DNA from: Dictyostelium discoideum
Taxonomy: Eukaryota
Length of the DNA: 64,000 bases
Direction of reading: 5' to 3'
Assembly: GCA_000004695.1 (NCBI GenBank)
Contig: CM000152.2
Coordinates: forward strand, 640,001 to 704,000
Under the pieces are notes generated by a model, which searched no databases, was not told where the DNA came from, and was given only the letters and a program-made list of their open reading frames with translations. Numbering within the stretch: the first letter of the stretch is position 1; each line of letters starts with the position of its first letter. The position numbers and the translations under genes were made by a program. Of this stretch, positions 26,350-36,728 are shown in pieces.

Positions 26350-27855
26350 ATGAGAGGGAGAAAAAAATTAGATAAAGGGAAGGATATTTCAAGATTAAAT
26401 GATTTAACCGATATTACATTCTGGAAATTTATAACTGATTATTTAAAAAATATTTATTCAAATAAAAACAATGATAAGATACCACCTGAATTAATTAATT
26501 TAAAAATGATGGATCACAATAGATATTCAGCAGTACATAATGTTTTGGATATGAAAAGTCATAGATTTGAAGAATATTGTGAAATATTTATGAACAGTGC
26601 ATTGAAATATATTAATATTGGTAACGTTCTCAATTGTGATGAAACAATATACGCATATTATGGGAAAGATGCTATTAAAGATCATATATTGATTAATAAT
26701 GATAGCAAACCCCATTCAGTCGGAATTGAAGCATATAGTCTAACAACCAAATTGAATATTAGTAATTGTCCATATGTAATTAGTTATGGTCCAAGAACAC
26801 CAGAAAACTGTCAATCTCCTTTCAATTCATTAAAAACCCTTTTGGATAATTTACATTCAAAATATAATTGGGAGGATCCAAGGAATAACTTAATCGTATG
26901 TTGCGATAGTGCCTTTGCATTAGTAAATAATAAAGAATGTTTAGATGAATTGAAATGTCGTATTTTATCCTCAACAAGGAAGAGTGGCGTGACTGTTCCT
27001 CAAGAAATTAAAATATTCGTCAAACCTTTATTAACCATACATAAAACATTCCTTTTTTATGATGAAAGCACAGGACTATTGTACGAGTATACCAAAAATA
27101 CCGCTGGTCATATCAATTGCATTGCAACAAATCTATATTCAAGATATTCAAACCCATATGTGGAAATTAATAATAATCTAAATATAGAACAATTTGCAAC
27201 TATTGGAAATTTATTTCGTTTTTCAAAAAAAGAATTAGAACTAATTTTTGTTGGTGAGACACTGCATGGGACAACATTGGAAATATTAAATGGCAAATAT
27301 AAAACTAACTTTGTAAAACCACCATGTGGTCCTTTTTGGAACGAACAAATGTTGAAGAAATTATCAGCTGAACACATAGCTCAAATATATAATGATAAAT
27401 ACAAAAAAGAAAACAACAATCTTAACAAAAACGACAAAATTAAAAAAATATTAGAACCATTGGATAGCACTCAAGATGGTGGGATATATGATAAAAACAA
27501 AAATTATTCCAAGAAGGAACTACAAGATTTAAAAATAAAAGTTATTGGTACTCATCAGAATCGTTCCCAAATGATTCATGATCAATATATTTTCTGGTAC
27601 AACCTTGTAGACATCACAGACAAACGTTACTATGCTACAATTAGAGGTAGCTCTTCCCACTCGTATACTAAATTATTTATATTAGGTGGTTTGTTTGATT
27701 TAATACTAAATTCATATTCTCTGCACCGTGAATATCATGAAATGGAATTAGAATGTAAAAATCCAGAAAATCAACCTCCGGAAATAATTCAAACAATAAA
27801 TAAATTTGTTGAATCCCTCATTTTTCAATTTCATGAATTAAAAGAATTACAATAA
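26350..27855 (+). CDS. piggyBac-transposase-like protein (DDE_Tnp_1_7-like core), probably domesticated or inactive
   Basis: This is a single 501-aa ORF. Three blocks match the piggyBac core: LNCDETIYAYYGKDAIKD, KPHSVGIEAYSL and LIVCCDSAFALVNNKECL. The corresponding piggyBac blocks are TIDEQLLGFRGR (first Asp), KPxKYGIKI and ITCDNWFTSIPLAKNLL (second Asp). The region aligning to the third Asp block (YNQTKGGVDTLDQ) reads YEYTKNTAGHINC with no Asp. The piggyBac C-terminal Cys-rich domain is absent. Possible short upstream exons exist at about 25915-26007 and 26124-26264. Confidence 0.6.
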   Translation: MRGRKKLDKGKDISRLNDLTDITFWKFITDYLKNIYSNKNNDKIPPELINLKMMDHNRYSAVHNVLDMKSHRFEEYCEIFMNSALKYINIGNVLNCDETIYAYYGKDAIKDHILINNDSKPHSVGIEAYSLTTKLNISNCPYVISYGPRTPENCQSPFNSLKTLLDNLHSKYNWEDPRNNLIVCCDSAFALVNNKECLDELKCRILSSTRKSGVTVPQEIKIFVKPLLTIHKTFLFYDESTGLLYEYTKNTAGHINCIATNLYSRYSNPYVEINNNLNIEQFATIGNLFRFSKKELELIFVGETLHGTTLEILNGKYKTNFVKPPCGPFWNEQMLKKLSAEHIAQIYNDKYKKENNNLNKNDKIKKILEPLDSTQDGGIYDKNKNYSKKELQDLKIKVIGTHQNRSQMIHDQYIFWYNLVDITDKRYYATIRGSSSHSYTKLFILGGLFDLILNSYSLHREYHEMELECKNPENQPPEIIQTINKFVESLIFQFHELKELQ

Positions 27856-28484
27856 ATCAATTTACAATCAATAAAACTGTTTTAATTATTTTTTTTATTT
27901 TTTTTTTATTTTTTTTATTTTTTTTTTTGAAATTTTTTTTTTTTTTTAATATTAAAAAATGTGAAAATTTTTTTTATTTTTTGTGTTAAAAGTCAGTAAT
28001 AAAAAAAAAAATTATTAAAGTTAGATTTAAATTTTAATTTATTTTTTATTATTTATTTTTTATTATTTGTTTTTTTTTTATTAACTTTACCATTTTTTAT
28101 TTTATTTTAAACAAACAATTGACTTTTTATCTAATTCTTTTTAATTGTTAGAGTTAGATTTACTTTTTTTTTTTCTATTTGTTATTTATTTTTTTTTTTT
28201 ACATTTGCTTGAATGATAATTTTTTTTTTTACTCTATTTATACTTGATCATTTTTTAAATTTTAAATTATTTGAAAATAAATAAAAGAAATTTTTTTTTT
28301 TTTAAACTTTAAAAAAAAGAATGGTATTACATTCATTTTTATTTTTTTTCCATTTTTTAAATTATTTTTTTTTTCAATTTCTCACAATTTTAAAAAAAAA
28401 ATAAAAAATAAAAATAAAAAAATAAAAAAATTTATTTAACAACAAATAAAAAGAATTAATTCTAACAAAGAAATTATTTATGCG

Positions 28485-28520
<36 letters not shown>

Positions 28521-28575
28521 ATTTGTAAACTTATTATTTTCATTAATTTTATTTTATTTTATTTTCACTTTAGTT

Positions 28576-31500
28576 TTATTTTTTACTTTTACCAAAAAAT
28601 CTTGAGGAAGATTTTTTTTCATCTTTTTTCTTGGATTTATTATCTTCATCGATTAAGTTATTATCCAATTCGATGATAGTTTTAGTAGGGATTGAATTAT
28701 TACCTTGAAGATGATTATAGGATAAAGAGATAGTTGAGGAGGATCTAATTGGAGATGATTGGAAAGATAAAGAAGCAGTATGAGAACGACGTGGTTTCAA
28801 AGGGAATAACTCTTTCAAAGAGTCAATTCTATCTTGAATTTGTTGATGTAAAACCTGATGAAGTATTTTCTCTTCTGGATCGAAAATTTCGAGATCTGAT
28901 TGATTAAAGTATAACTGTTTCCAAACCTTGAATCTCTTTATGGAGCAATCAGGAAAGATGACATCACGCTCCTTTATGCCGGTTGGCTGATAGAGAGGGT
29001 TGATGTACTCTTTTAGATTGCCGTCCATCTCTGCCCAAAGACTGATGGTTTTGCCATAGATATGGTTTTGCACTCTCTCTTTCTCTGTGTTGAATAAAAA
29101 GTTACCATATTTGCCACTGTAGGAATGATAAAGTATAGTTTTCAAAAAGTTTGCATTAAATTCGAATTTGCTTGGAAATTGATGAATGATTTGGTAGCAT
29201 GCCTCAATGAATTGGTAGAGTATGGGTGATTGCTCACTCTCGTCTTTACCATGAACTTGACCACAACGTTGAGCGAATTTATGACCGAAACTAAGCCACT
29301 CCTTTTCAATTAGGATTTGAAAGCCTCTAATGGTTCTAAAGTATGGGTCTAGCAAAAGTTCAGCCAATGAGACCAATTGTGATGTTCTATCCCATCCATC
29401 ACTACAATGTACCAATACATTGTGATGTTGTAAATGAATTAGTTTTGCCAATCTAGTTGCACCTTGAATCACCAATTTAATATGACCAAACCAACCACTA
29501 GATTCCAATTGATTGAACCAGCCATCTTCCTTATCAATGGATGATACTGCTGCATCTTTAATCTTCCAAAGGGAATGTCTCATTGAATGAATATTTGCAA
29601 TATTTAAAAACTCTAATGTACAACCTGGATAATTATTTAATATCTCCCATCCTGCACCTTTTGCACGATTACCAACTGCATTTGCATATGGTCTACAATC
29701 TAATATATACAATGTTCTATCTGAACTATTATTTTCTTTATTACTACCACTACCGCTACCTCCGCTACCTCCACTACTACCACTACCAGCAGTACTTGTC
29801 ATACGAATTGAATTTAATAAATTTTCATCCTCAGTTGAACGATTACCACCAATGCCAACCATTGGCTGACTACAACGAGTGATTGAGCATTTATTAGACC
29901 AATGTCTATAGGAGAGTACTGGTATTCTACCTTTACTACGAAATTGTGCAACACTTTTCAATTGTTCATCAGTGATTGATTCTGGAACACCCATTAATCC
30001 TGGATAACTATCACAAATGAAATAGTTATAATTTGCATCTGATACTCTCCAATCTGGTGATGGTACACCCATACGTGCATATTCATCACGTGCACTATAC
30101 AATGTCCATCCTAATCCAACCAACTCCAATCTAGTATACTCTTGTCTAAGATTATAACAAAACAATGTTGTTGGACTTGTACTTTGATATTGTTCAATAC
30201 ATCCTCTAACATCTTTTAAACTTGAATTACTCTTATCAAATGAAATACTATGAATTCTATAATCCTTACAAATGAAATTTAATCTATATGAAAATTCACC
30301 ACCACCTTGTTTCTTTTTACCATTTTTAGTTAATTTTGAAATAGTATGTAATGAAAAATGTTTCTTTTTTAAAAAAAAAAAATTAAAAAAAAAAAAATTT
30401 AAATTAATATTATATATATATAAATATATATATTATAAAGTATATACTTACCACATATGGTTCATTCTTTGTTGTATAACCATAAAAAATAATTTGAAAG
30501 TTTGTTAAATATAATGAACCTTTTATAAATTCATCTTCAATTTCACTAAATTGATGATTATTCATATTGTTATTATTTATTGCTGTATTTTTTCTATTGT
30601 TATTATTATTTGATGGTTGTGTTGGAGTTGAAGTTGTCGTTGTTGTTGTTGTCGTTGTTGTTGATGATGAACCATTTTGTTGAATTCTTGAATTATCAAC
30701 TAAATGATAATTACAAGATTCAACTTTTAATAATAATTTCTCACCATCTGATAATTGAACATGATCAGGTAATTGAATGGTTCTAAATGTGTTTACTTGA
30801 TTTCTTATATTTCTAATCATTTCACCATAAAGTAATACTGTATTCACAGAGGTTTCAAAAATTAATTTCTTTTTAACTATTAATATCTTTGCTTTAATAT
30901 TATCTAAACATTTATGAATAAGTTGGTGCATTGATTCAATACTTTTAACTGATCTTTCATCTTTTTATTATTATTAAAAAAAAAAATATATATATTACAA
31001 TTAGTATTTTTTAAAATAATGACATTTTTGATTTGTGTGTGTGTGTGCGTGTGATTGTAATATGGTGTGGGTGGTTTTTTTTTACATACTTTTTTTACGA
31101 TTTGTTTTTGAATGAATAATATTAATTAATTCAGATTCTAAATTTGAATTAACACTTTCTTTACCATTTGAAAGATTTGATAAATTTATTGTGGCACCAC
31201 CACCACTAACTGATAAAGATGAAGAGGATGCTGATTGACGTAATGATTTTTGATTTTGATCATTAGAGTTTGATAATGATGGTGATGATTGTTGTTGTTG
31301 TGTTGGTAAACTTGGTAAATTTAAAGCAGCACCAAGAGAACCAGTTGATGTATTGGCTGTGATTGCACTACCACCATTAGCATTATTGTTATTTGATAAA
31401 TCTAAACTACTATTATTTGCACTATTATTACCACTACCACTGCCATTTGAACTATTATCAGTTGAATTATTGATATCCTCTAAAATCTTTTCAATTTCAA

Positions 31501-31801
31501 TTAAAGTTTCAGAGATTTTCATAATATCTTTAAATGATTGTGATACTTGTTTCTCCCTTTTCATTTCTGATATTTTAAAAATGATTGTATCAATAGTTTT
31601 ACTACTGATATCTTTTAATTTCTCCATTTTCTCATCGGGTCCCAATCCAGACAAATTTGAACTACTTCTTGGTTTATTACTTGGTGATAATAATTGTGAT
31701 AAAGAACCTTGAGTTTGAAGTGATTGTGTTGGTGGTAACCTAGATGATGTTGATGTTGATGTTGAGGTTGATGTTGTTGTTGCTGTTGTATTATTACTCA
31801 T
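28576..31801 (-). CDS. myotubularin-family phosphoinositide 3-phosphatase; 3 exons approx join(28576..30363,30452..30960,31090..31801)
   Basis: The last exon carries the myotubularin CX5R active site VHCSDGWDRTSQLVSLAELLLDPYFRTIRGFQILIEKEWLSFGHKF. The middle exon carries the GRAM-type motif GSLYLTNFQIIFYG. The first exon is S/T/N-rich. The junctions are a GTATGT donor in phase 1 and a GTAAGT donor in phase 0. The total of 3009 nt is divisible by 3 and gives about 1002 aa. Confidence 0.85.
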
Positions 31802-31961
31802 TTTTTTATTTTGGATTTTTTAATTTTGGATTTTTTTATTTTTTTTAATTTACATAAAAGTACAAATGTTGATATATATATATTTTATAAAATTTTATTT
31901 TTATTTTTACTTTTAGAATGGATAAAAATATAAGTTCTAAAAGAATAAAAAAATAAAAGAT

Positions 31962-32005
<44 letters not shown>

Positions 32006-32365
32006 GACACAAAAGTGATTGATTTTTTTTTTTTTTTTTTAAGTTTCCTAAAACCAAAAATTAAAATAAAAAAAAAATAAAAAAAATAAAAAAAATTCAA
32101 AAAAAAAATTCAAAAAAAAATTAATTAAAATAATCAACCAACTGGTAGTATTGATGCGTTTGCATTTGATTACATCATAAAAAAAAAAAAAAAAATAAAA
32201 TAAAATAAAATATAATATTATATTTTTTATAATAAAAAAAAAAAATGATAAAATATAATTTTGTTACTCTCAGCAATGAGAGAAATAAAAAATAATTAAA
32301 AGAAAATAAATTTTATTATTTTTGTAAATTTGATATTTGTGTATTTAGGGGGTGTGGTTATTTTT

Positions 32366-32404
<39 letters not shown>

Positions 32405-32610
32405 TTTTTTTATTTTTTTATTTATTACTATAATTATAATTATTTTTTATTATTATTATAATAATAAAAATAAATAAATAAAATAAATAAAAATATTATT
32501 TTTTAAAAAAAAACAATAGTATTATTTTTTTTTAATTTTTTTTTTTTATTATTTAAACTTTTTTTTATTTTATTATATTTTATTTTATAATTTAAAAAAT
32601 AATAATAATT

Positions 32611-33477
32611 ATGGCAGATATTGGAGGAAAAGTTTATTTTGTAAGTGGAGCTAGTGGAGGGATTGGGTTAGAGATGGTTATTCAATTATTAGGACAAGGT
32701 ATGAGGGTTGCAGCAACTAGTAGAGATAAAAAGAAATTAATTCAAGTTTTAAAAGAGAGGGATAATAGTTTGATTAGAGATGATAATTTCATTGCAGTTG
32801 AAATGGATTTAAGTTCAGAACATTCAATAAAGAAAGCAATCTCTGAATGTATTGAAAAATTTAAGACAATTTATTGTGTTATCAATAACAGTGGATATGC
32901 AATCAAAGGTACAATTGAAGAACTAAGTTTAAAAGAGATTCAAGAGAATTTCAACATCAATTGTTTCGGACCAATGATGGTGATTCATCATTTCATGCCA
33001 CATCTTAAATGTAAACCATATAGTGATCCAAGAATCATCAATGTATCATCAGTAGTTGGATTTAACGGTGATTTAATGAACCGATTTCCATGTTATGTCT
33101 CAAGTAAATTTGCATTGGACGGATTCACTGAATCAATTTCAAATGACTTGAAAAAGTATGATATCAAATGTACAACGGTCAAACCTGGTTATTTTATAAC
33201 ACCATTCAATGATCATATCATTCATTCAAAGGGTGAACAACCATTAACAGATCATGAAAAAGAAATTCTTGAAAAATATAATGCAACAAAACCAAAAAAT
33301 AATGGTAGTGACCCAATTAAAGGTGCAAGAGCTATCGTTGAAATATCTTTAAATCCAGAACCACCATTACATTTATTCTTAGGAAGTGATTCATTAAGAC
33401 ATGCTGATTCAAAAATTCAAAAAGTTCAATCTGATATTAATAAATGGATTGAATTAACAAAATCAACTGATAATTAA
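32611..33477 (+). CDS. short-chain dehydrogenase/reductase (classical SDR)
   Basis: This is a single exon. It has GKVYFVSGASGGIGLEMV (the TGxxxGxG cofactor motif), INNSGY (NNAG) and SS...YVSSKFALDGFTESIS (the catalytic Ser-Tyr-xxx-Lys). Confidence 0.9.
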   Translation: MADIGGKVYFVSGASGGIGLEMVIQLLGQGMRVAATSRDKKKLIQVLKERDNSLIRDDNFIAVEMDLSSEHSIKKAISECIEKFKTIYCVINNSGYAIKGTIEELSLKEIQENFNINCFGPMMVIHHFMPHLKCKPYSDPRIINVSSVVGFNGDLMNRFPCYVSSKFALDGFTESISNDLKKYDIKCTTVKPGYFITPFNDHIIHSKGEQPLTDHEKEILEKYNATKPKNNGSDPIKGARAIVEISLNPEPPLHLFLGSDSLRHADSKIQKVQSDINKWIELTKSTDN

Positions 33478-33735
33478 AAATTGTTTTTTTTTTAAATTTA
33501 AAAAAAAAAAAAAAAAATAAAAAAATAAAAAAAAAAAAAAATATCTCCCTAAACCACCTTTTCTTTTAAAAGTGACTTTTGGATAGATATTTTTTTATTG
33601 ATTATAATAAACACAATAATTTTTTTTTTTTTTTTTTTTGTTTTTTTTTTTTTTGATCATTTTTTTATTTTTTTTTATTTTTTATTTTTATTTTTTTTTA
33701 TAAATTTTGTCAAAATAATAATAATAATAACAAAA

Positions 33736-35487
33736 ATGTTAAAAAAATCATTATTTATTTATTTATTTATTTTTTTTAATTTTATAATTAAAATAACGAC
33801 AGCAGCAACAAGTGTAACATATTATGTTAGTGTTAATAATGGTAATGATAATATACCATGTGGAGAGAGTTTAGAAAAGTCATGTCAATCAATTCAATAT
33901 GTATTTAATCAATATAATTCAACCTATTTAAATAGTCAAGATATTATTGAAGTTATGATATTATTAGATGATGGTGAATATATTGGTGAAAATAATGTGA
34001 ATTTTAATATTTACAATATGACAATCACTATTCAACCAATTAATAATTCAAAAACACCGTCACCAGTAACATTCAATGGTATTAACAGTGCCGGTGATAG
34101 AGTTTTTAATATCACTGAACCATATTTAATTAAAACCAATGAAACAACGATTCAATATGGCATAAATTCAACATCATTAACATTAAATAATTTAAATTTC
34201 ATTAATTTCAATCCAACTATTGGTAATGGTAATGGTACCATTGGAAATGGTGCAATCATATTCATTGATATATTCAACTCATCATTATCTTTATCAATTA
34301 ATAAATGTAATTTTAATAATAATCAAGGTAATAAAGGTGGTGTGATTTATATGGAGTCTGAATTTTATAGTGATGGCAATAACCTTGTTGAAATTAGTAT
34401 AAAGAGTTCACAATTTACAAATAACAATGCAACTATATCAGGTGGTGTTGCTTATTTGGATGGATTTAATGATATTTATATTGACACTTGTTTATTTGAT
34501 AATTCATATTCACCAGTGTCTGGTACCTCAACATTATTCATATCAAATGGTGAATTTATTGAAATTAGAAGATCAAATTTCACAAGAAATCAAATTGCAT
34601 CAACTGTTGAATTATTTGGAATTCAATATAAGAATGGATCAATGGTAAAGGATTGCTTGTTTGATGGTAATGTTGTCAATGGTAAAGGTGGTGCAATTTC
34701 AATGTACCTAAGTTGGTTATCTGTTGATGGCACATTATTTAATAATAACTATGCTGGTGCAATTGGTGGTGCGATCTTTGCTACTGGCGTATCAAGTTAT
34801 TTACTTGTTGCAAATTCAAAATTCATTGATAATAAATCAAGTGGTGCTGGTGGCGCTATTGCAACTCAAGGTAGTGTTTACACGAGTTTAAACAATTGTG
34901 AATTCATTTCAAATTCTGCAAATGCCGGTGGTTCATTATCTTTTGAATATTCAAATCAAATTCATTTAAGAAATTGTACAATCAGTGGAAATGTTGGTGT
35001 TGGTCAAGGTGGTGCAATCTATTCATCCTATTCAACGATTTCAATGGATGATACTAAAATTAGTGCCAATCAAGCTTACCAAGGTGGTGCTGTCTATTGC
35101 TCCGCTTCAACTTTAAATATTACCAGTTCAAATATCCCATTGAATGGTAATACCGATCTTGGCAATGGTACAGACTCTTATGAATGGAAAGGTGAGGATG
35201 GTATAAAAGTCAATGATTATGGTATTTATTGTGCTCTAACTCCAACCTATACCTATTGTACTGTCAATGGTGATACACCTTATAGTAAACTTTGCGGTGA
35301 ATCCGATGTCACTGAACTTTCAGGTTTAACAGCTGGTCAAATCGCTGGTATTGTCATTGGTTGTACTATTGGTGCTGGTATTTTAGCTTTTGGTTTAGCC
35401 TGGGTTATCTCAAAAACAACTATTAAAGAACATTTCATTAGACTAAGAAGCTCTTCAACTTCTAATACATCTTATTCACTAAATTAA
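33736..35487 (+). CDS. secreted/type-I membrane protein with right-handed beta-helix repeats of the Chlamydia polymorphic-membrane-protein (GGA[IV] / FxxN) type
   Basis: I take the start at the ATG giving MLKKSLFIYLFIFFNFIIKITTAAT (signal), downstream of the poly-F leader in the ORF track. The repeats are FTNNNATISGGVAYLD, GKGGAISMY, GGAIFATG, FIDNKSSGAGGAIATQG, FISNSANAGGSLSF, ISGNVGVGQGGAIYSSY and ISANQAYQGGAVYCS. A C-terminal TM helix IAGIVIGCTIGAGILAFGLAWVI is followed by a short tail. Confidence 0.7.
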   Translation: MLKKSLFIYLFIFFNFIIKITTAATSVTYYVSVNNGNDNIPCGESLEKSCQSIQYVFNQYNSTYLNSQDIIEVMILLDDGEYIGENNVNFNIYNMTITIQPINNSKTPSPVTFNGINSAGDRVFNITEPYLIKTNETTIQYGINSTSLTLNNLNFINFNPTIGNGNGTIGNGAIIFIDIFNSSLSLSINKCNFNNNQGNKGGVIYMESEFYSDGNNLVEISIKSSQFTNNNATISGGVAYLDGFNDIYIDTCLFDNSYSPVSGTSTLFISNGEFIEIRRSNFTRNQIASTVELFGIQYKNGSMVKDCLFDGNVVNGKGGAISMYLSWLSVDGTLFNNNYAGAIGGAIFATGVSSYLLVANSKFIDNKSSGAGGAIATQGSVYTSLNNCEFISNSANAGGSLSFEYSNQIHLRNCTISGNVGVGQGGAIYSSYSTISMDDTKISANQAYQGGAVYCSASTLNITSSNIPLNGNTDLGNGTDSYEWKGEDGIKVNDYGIYCALTPTYTYCTVNGDTPYSKLCGESDVTELSGLTAGQIAGIVIGCTIGAGILAFGLAWVISKTTIKEHFIRLRSSSTSNTSYSLN

Positions 35488-35497
35488 TTCATTAAAT

Positions 35498-35574
<77 letters not shown>

Positions 35575-35815
35575 TAAACCATTTCTTTAAAGAAATAATT
35601 TTCCCAAGATTTTTTTTTTTTTTTTACTTTTTTTTTTATTTTATATTTTTTCAAATTAAAACAGTGGTGTTTTTGATATTCCCACATCAGGTGATAATAA
35701 ATAAAATCAAAAAAAAAAAAAAAATCAAAAAAAAAAAAAAATAAATTACTTTCTTTGTTGGTGCCCTAAAATTAACCAAATAAAAAATAAACCAAAGAAA
35801 AAAAAAAAAATATGC

Positions 35816-35846
<31 letters not shown>

Positions 35847-36129
35847 TATTCTCAATAATCCAAATTTACAAATTATGATCAAAAAAAAATCAAATAAATA
35901 TCTCACCACAAAAACAAAAAAATCATTAAAAGGTAAAAAATAAAAATAAAATTAAAAAAAAATTAAATAAATATCTGATTTTTGGTTAAACTCAACACAA
36001 AAAAGTCTGATTTTTATATTTTTATTTTTCAGTTTGCAGTTTTAATTTTTTTTTTTTTTTTTTATTTTTATTTCACACAAAATTTAAACAAAACAAAAAC
36101 AAATTCAAACACAAATACAATACTTCAAA

Positions 36130-36296
36130 ATGGGTCAAAAGAGTTCAAAACCAGGTATGTAAAAAAAAAGGTATCTTCCATTTAAAAAAAATAAAGTGGG
36201 TTTTAACCAAATCTCCATTTATTATTCATAGATTTAATTGCACAAGGAGGAAATAAATCTGGAACAACTTCAATCCGTACTACTTTTACTGCTTAA
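36130..36296 (+). CDS. candidate 29-aa micro-protein with N-myristoylation consensus (MGQKSSKP...), 2 exons approx join(36130..36154,36232..36296)
   Basis: The ATG sits in an A-rich leader (caaaATGG). Exon 1 (MGQKSSKP + G) ends at a GTATGT donor. A 77-nt AT-rich intron ends in TATTCATAG. Exon 2 reads DLIAQGGNKSGTTSIRTTFTA and ends in TAA. The ORF track does not call it because the exons are short. It lies in the 1.2 kb gap between flanking genes. Confidence 0.35.
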
Positions 36297-36359
36297 ATAA
36301 ATAAATTCTAATTTCTAAAATATCAAATAATTAATAAATGTATTTTAAAATTCAATTCC

Positions 36360-36395
<36 letters not shown>

Positions 36396-36611
36396 AAAAA
36401 ATAATAATTATAATTTTTATTATTAATTTGATTAACTTTTCATAAAAAAAAAAAAAATAAAAATAAAAAATTTGTAATTGAATTGAAAAAATAAATGAAT
36501 ATTTGAAAATATGACACCACAAAAAACAATTTAATTAAAACACTGAAATAATTTGTAATTTTGTGGGAGTGGCAAACAAATAAAAAAATAAAATCATTTA
36601 TTATTTTCTAA

Positions 36612-36651
<40 letters not shown>

Positions 36652-36728
36652 AAATTATTAAAAAATATGTGGTTGGAAAAAAAAAAAATCAGTTTTTGTT
36701 TGTCTTAGGAATACAAAAAATAATAACA

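Noticed and set aside
27856-28575. Search for an inverted copy of the 25494-25653 repeats or TTAA-flanked TIRs downstream of the piggyBac-like ORF.
   Set aside because: None is seen. The region is ordinary poly(A/T)-rich 3' intergenic DNA, so I make no claim of an intact transposon.
29583-29882. Plus-strand 99-aa Y/L-rich ORF.
   Set aside because: It is the antisense of the myotubularin catalytic exon and has no supporting signals.
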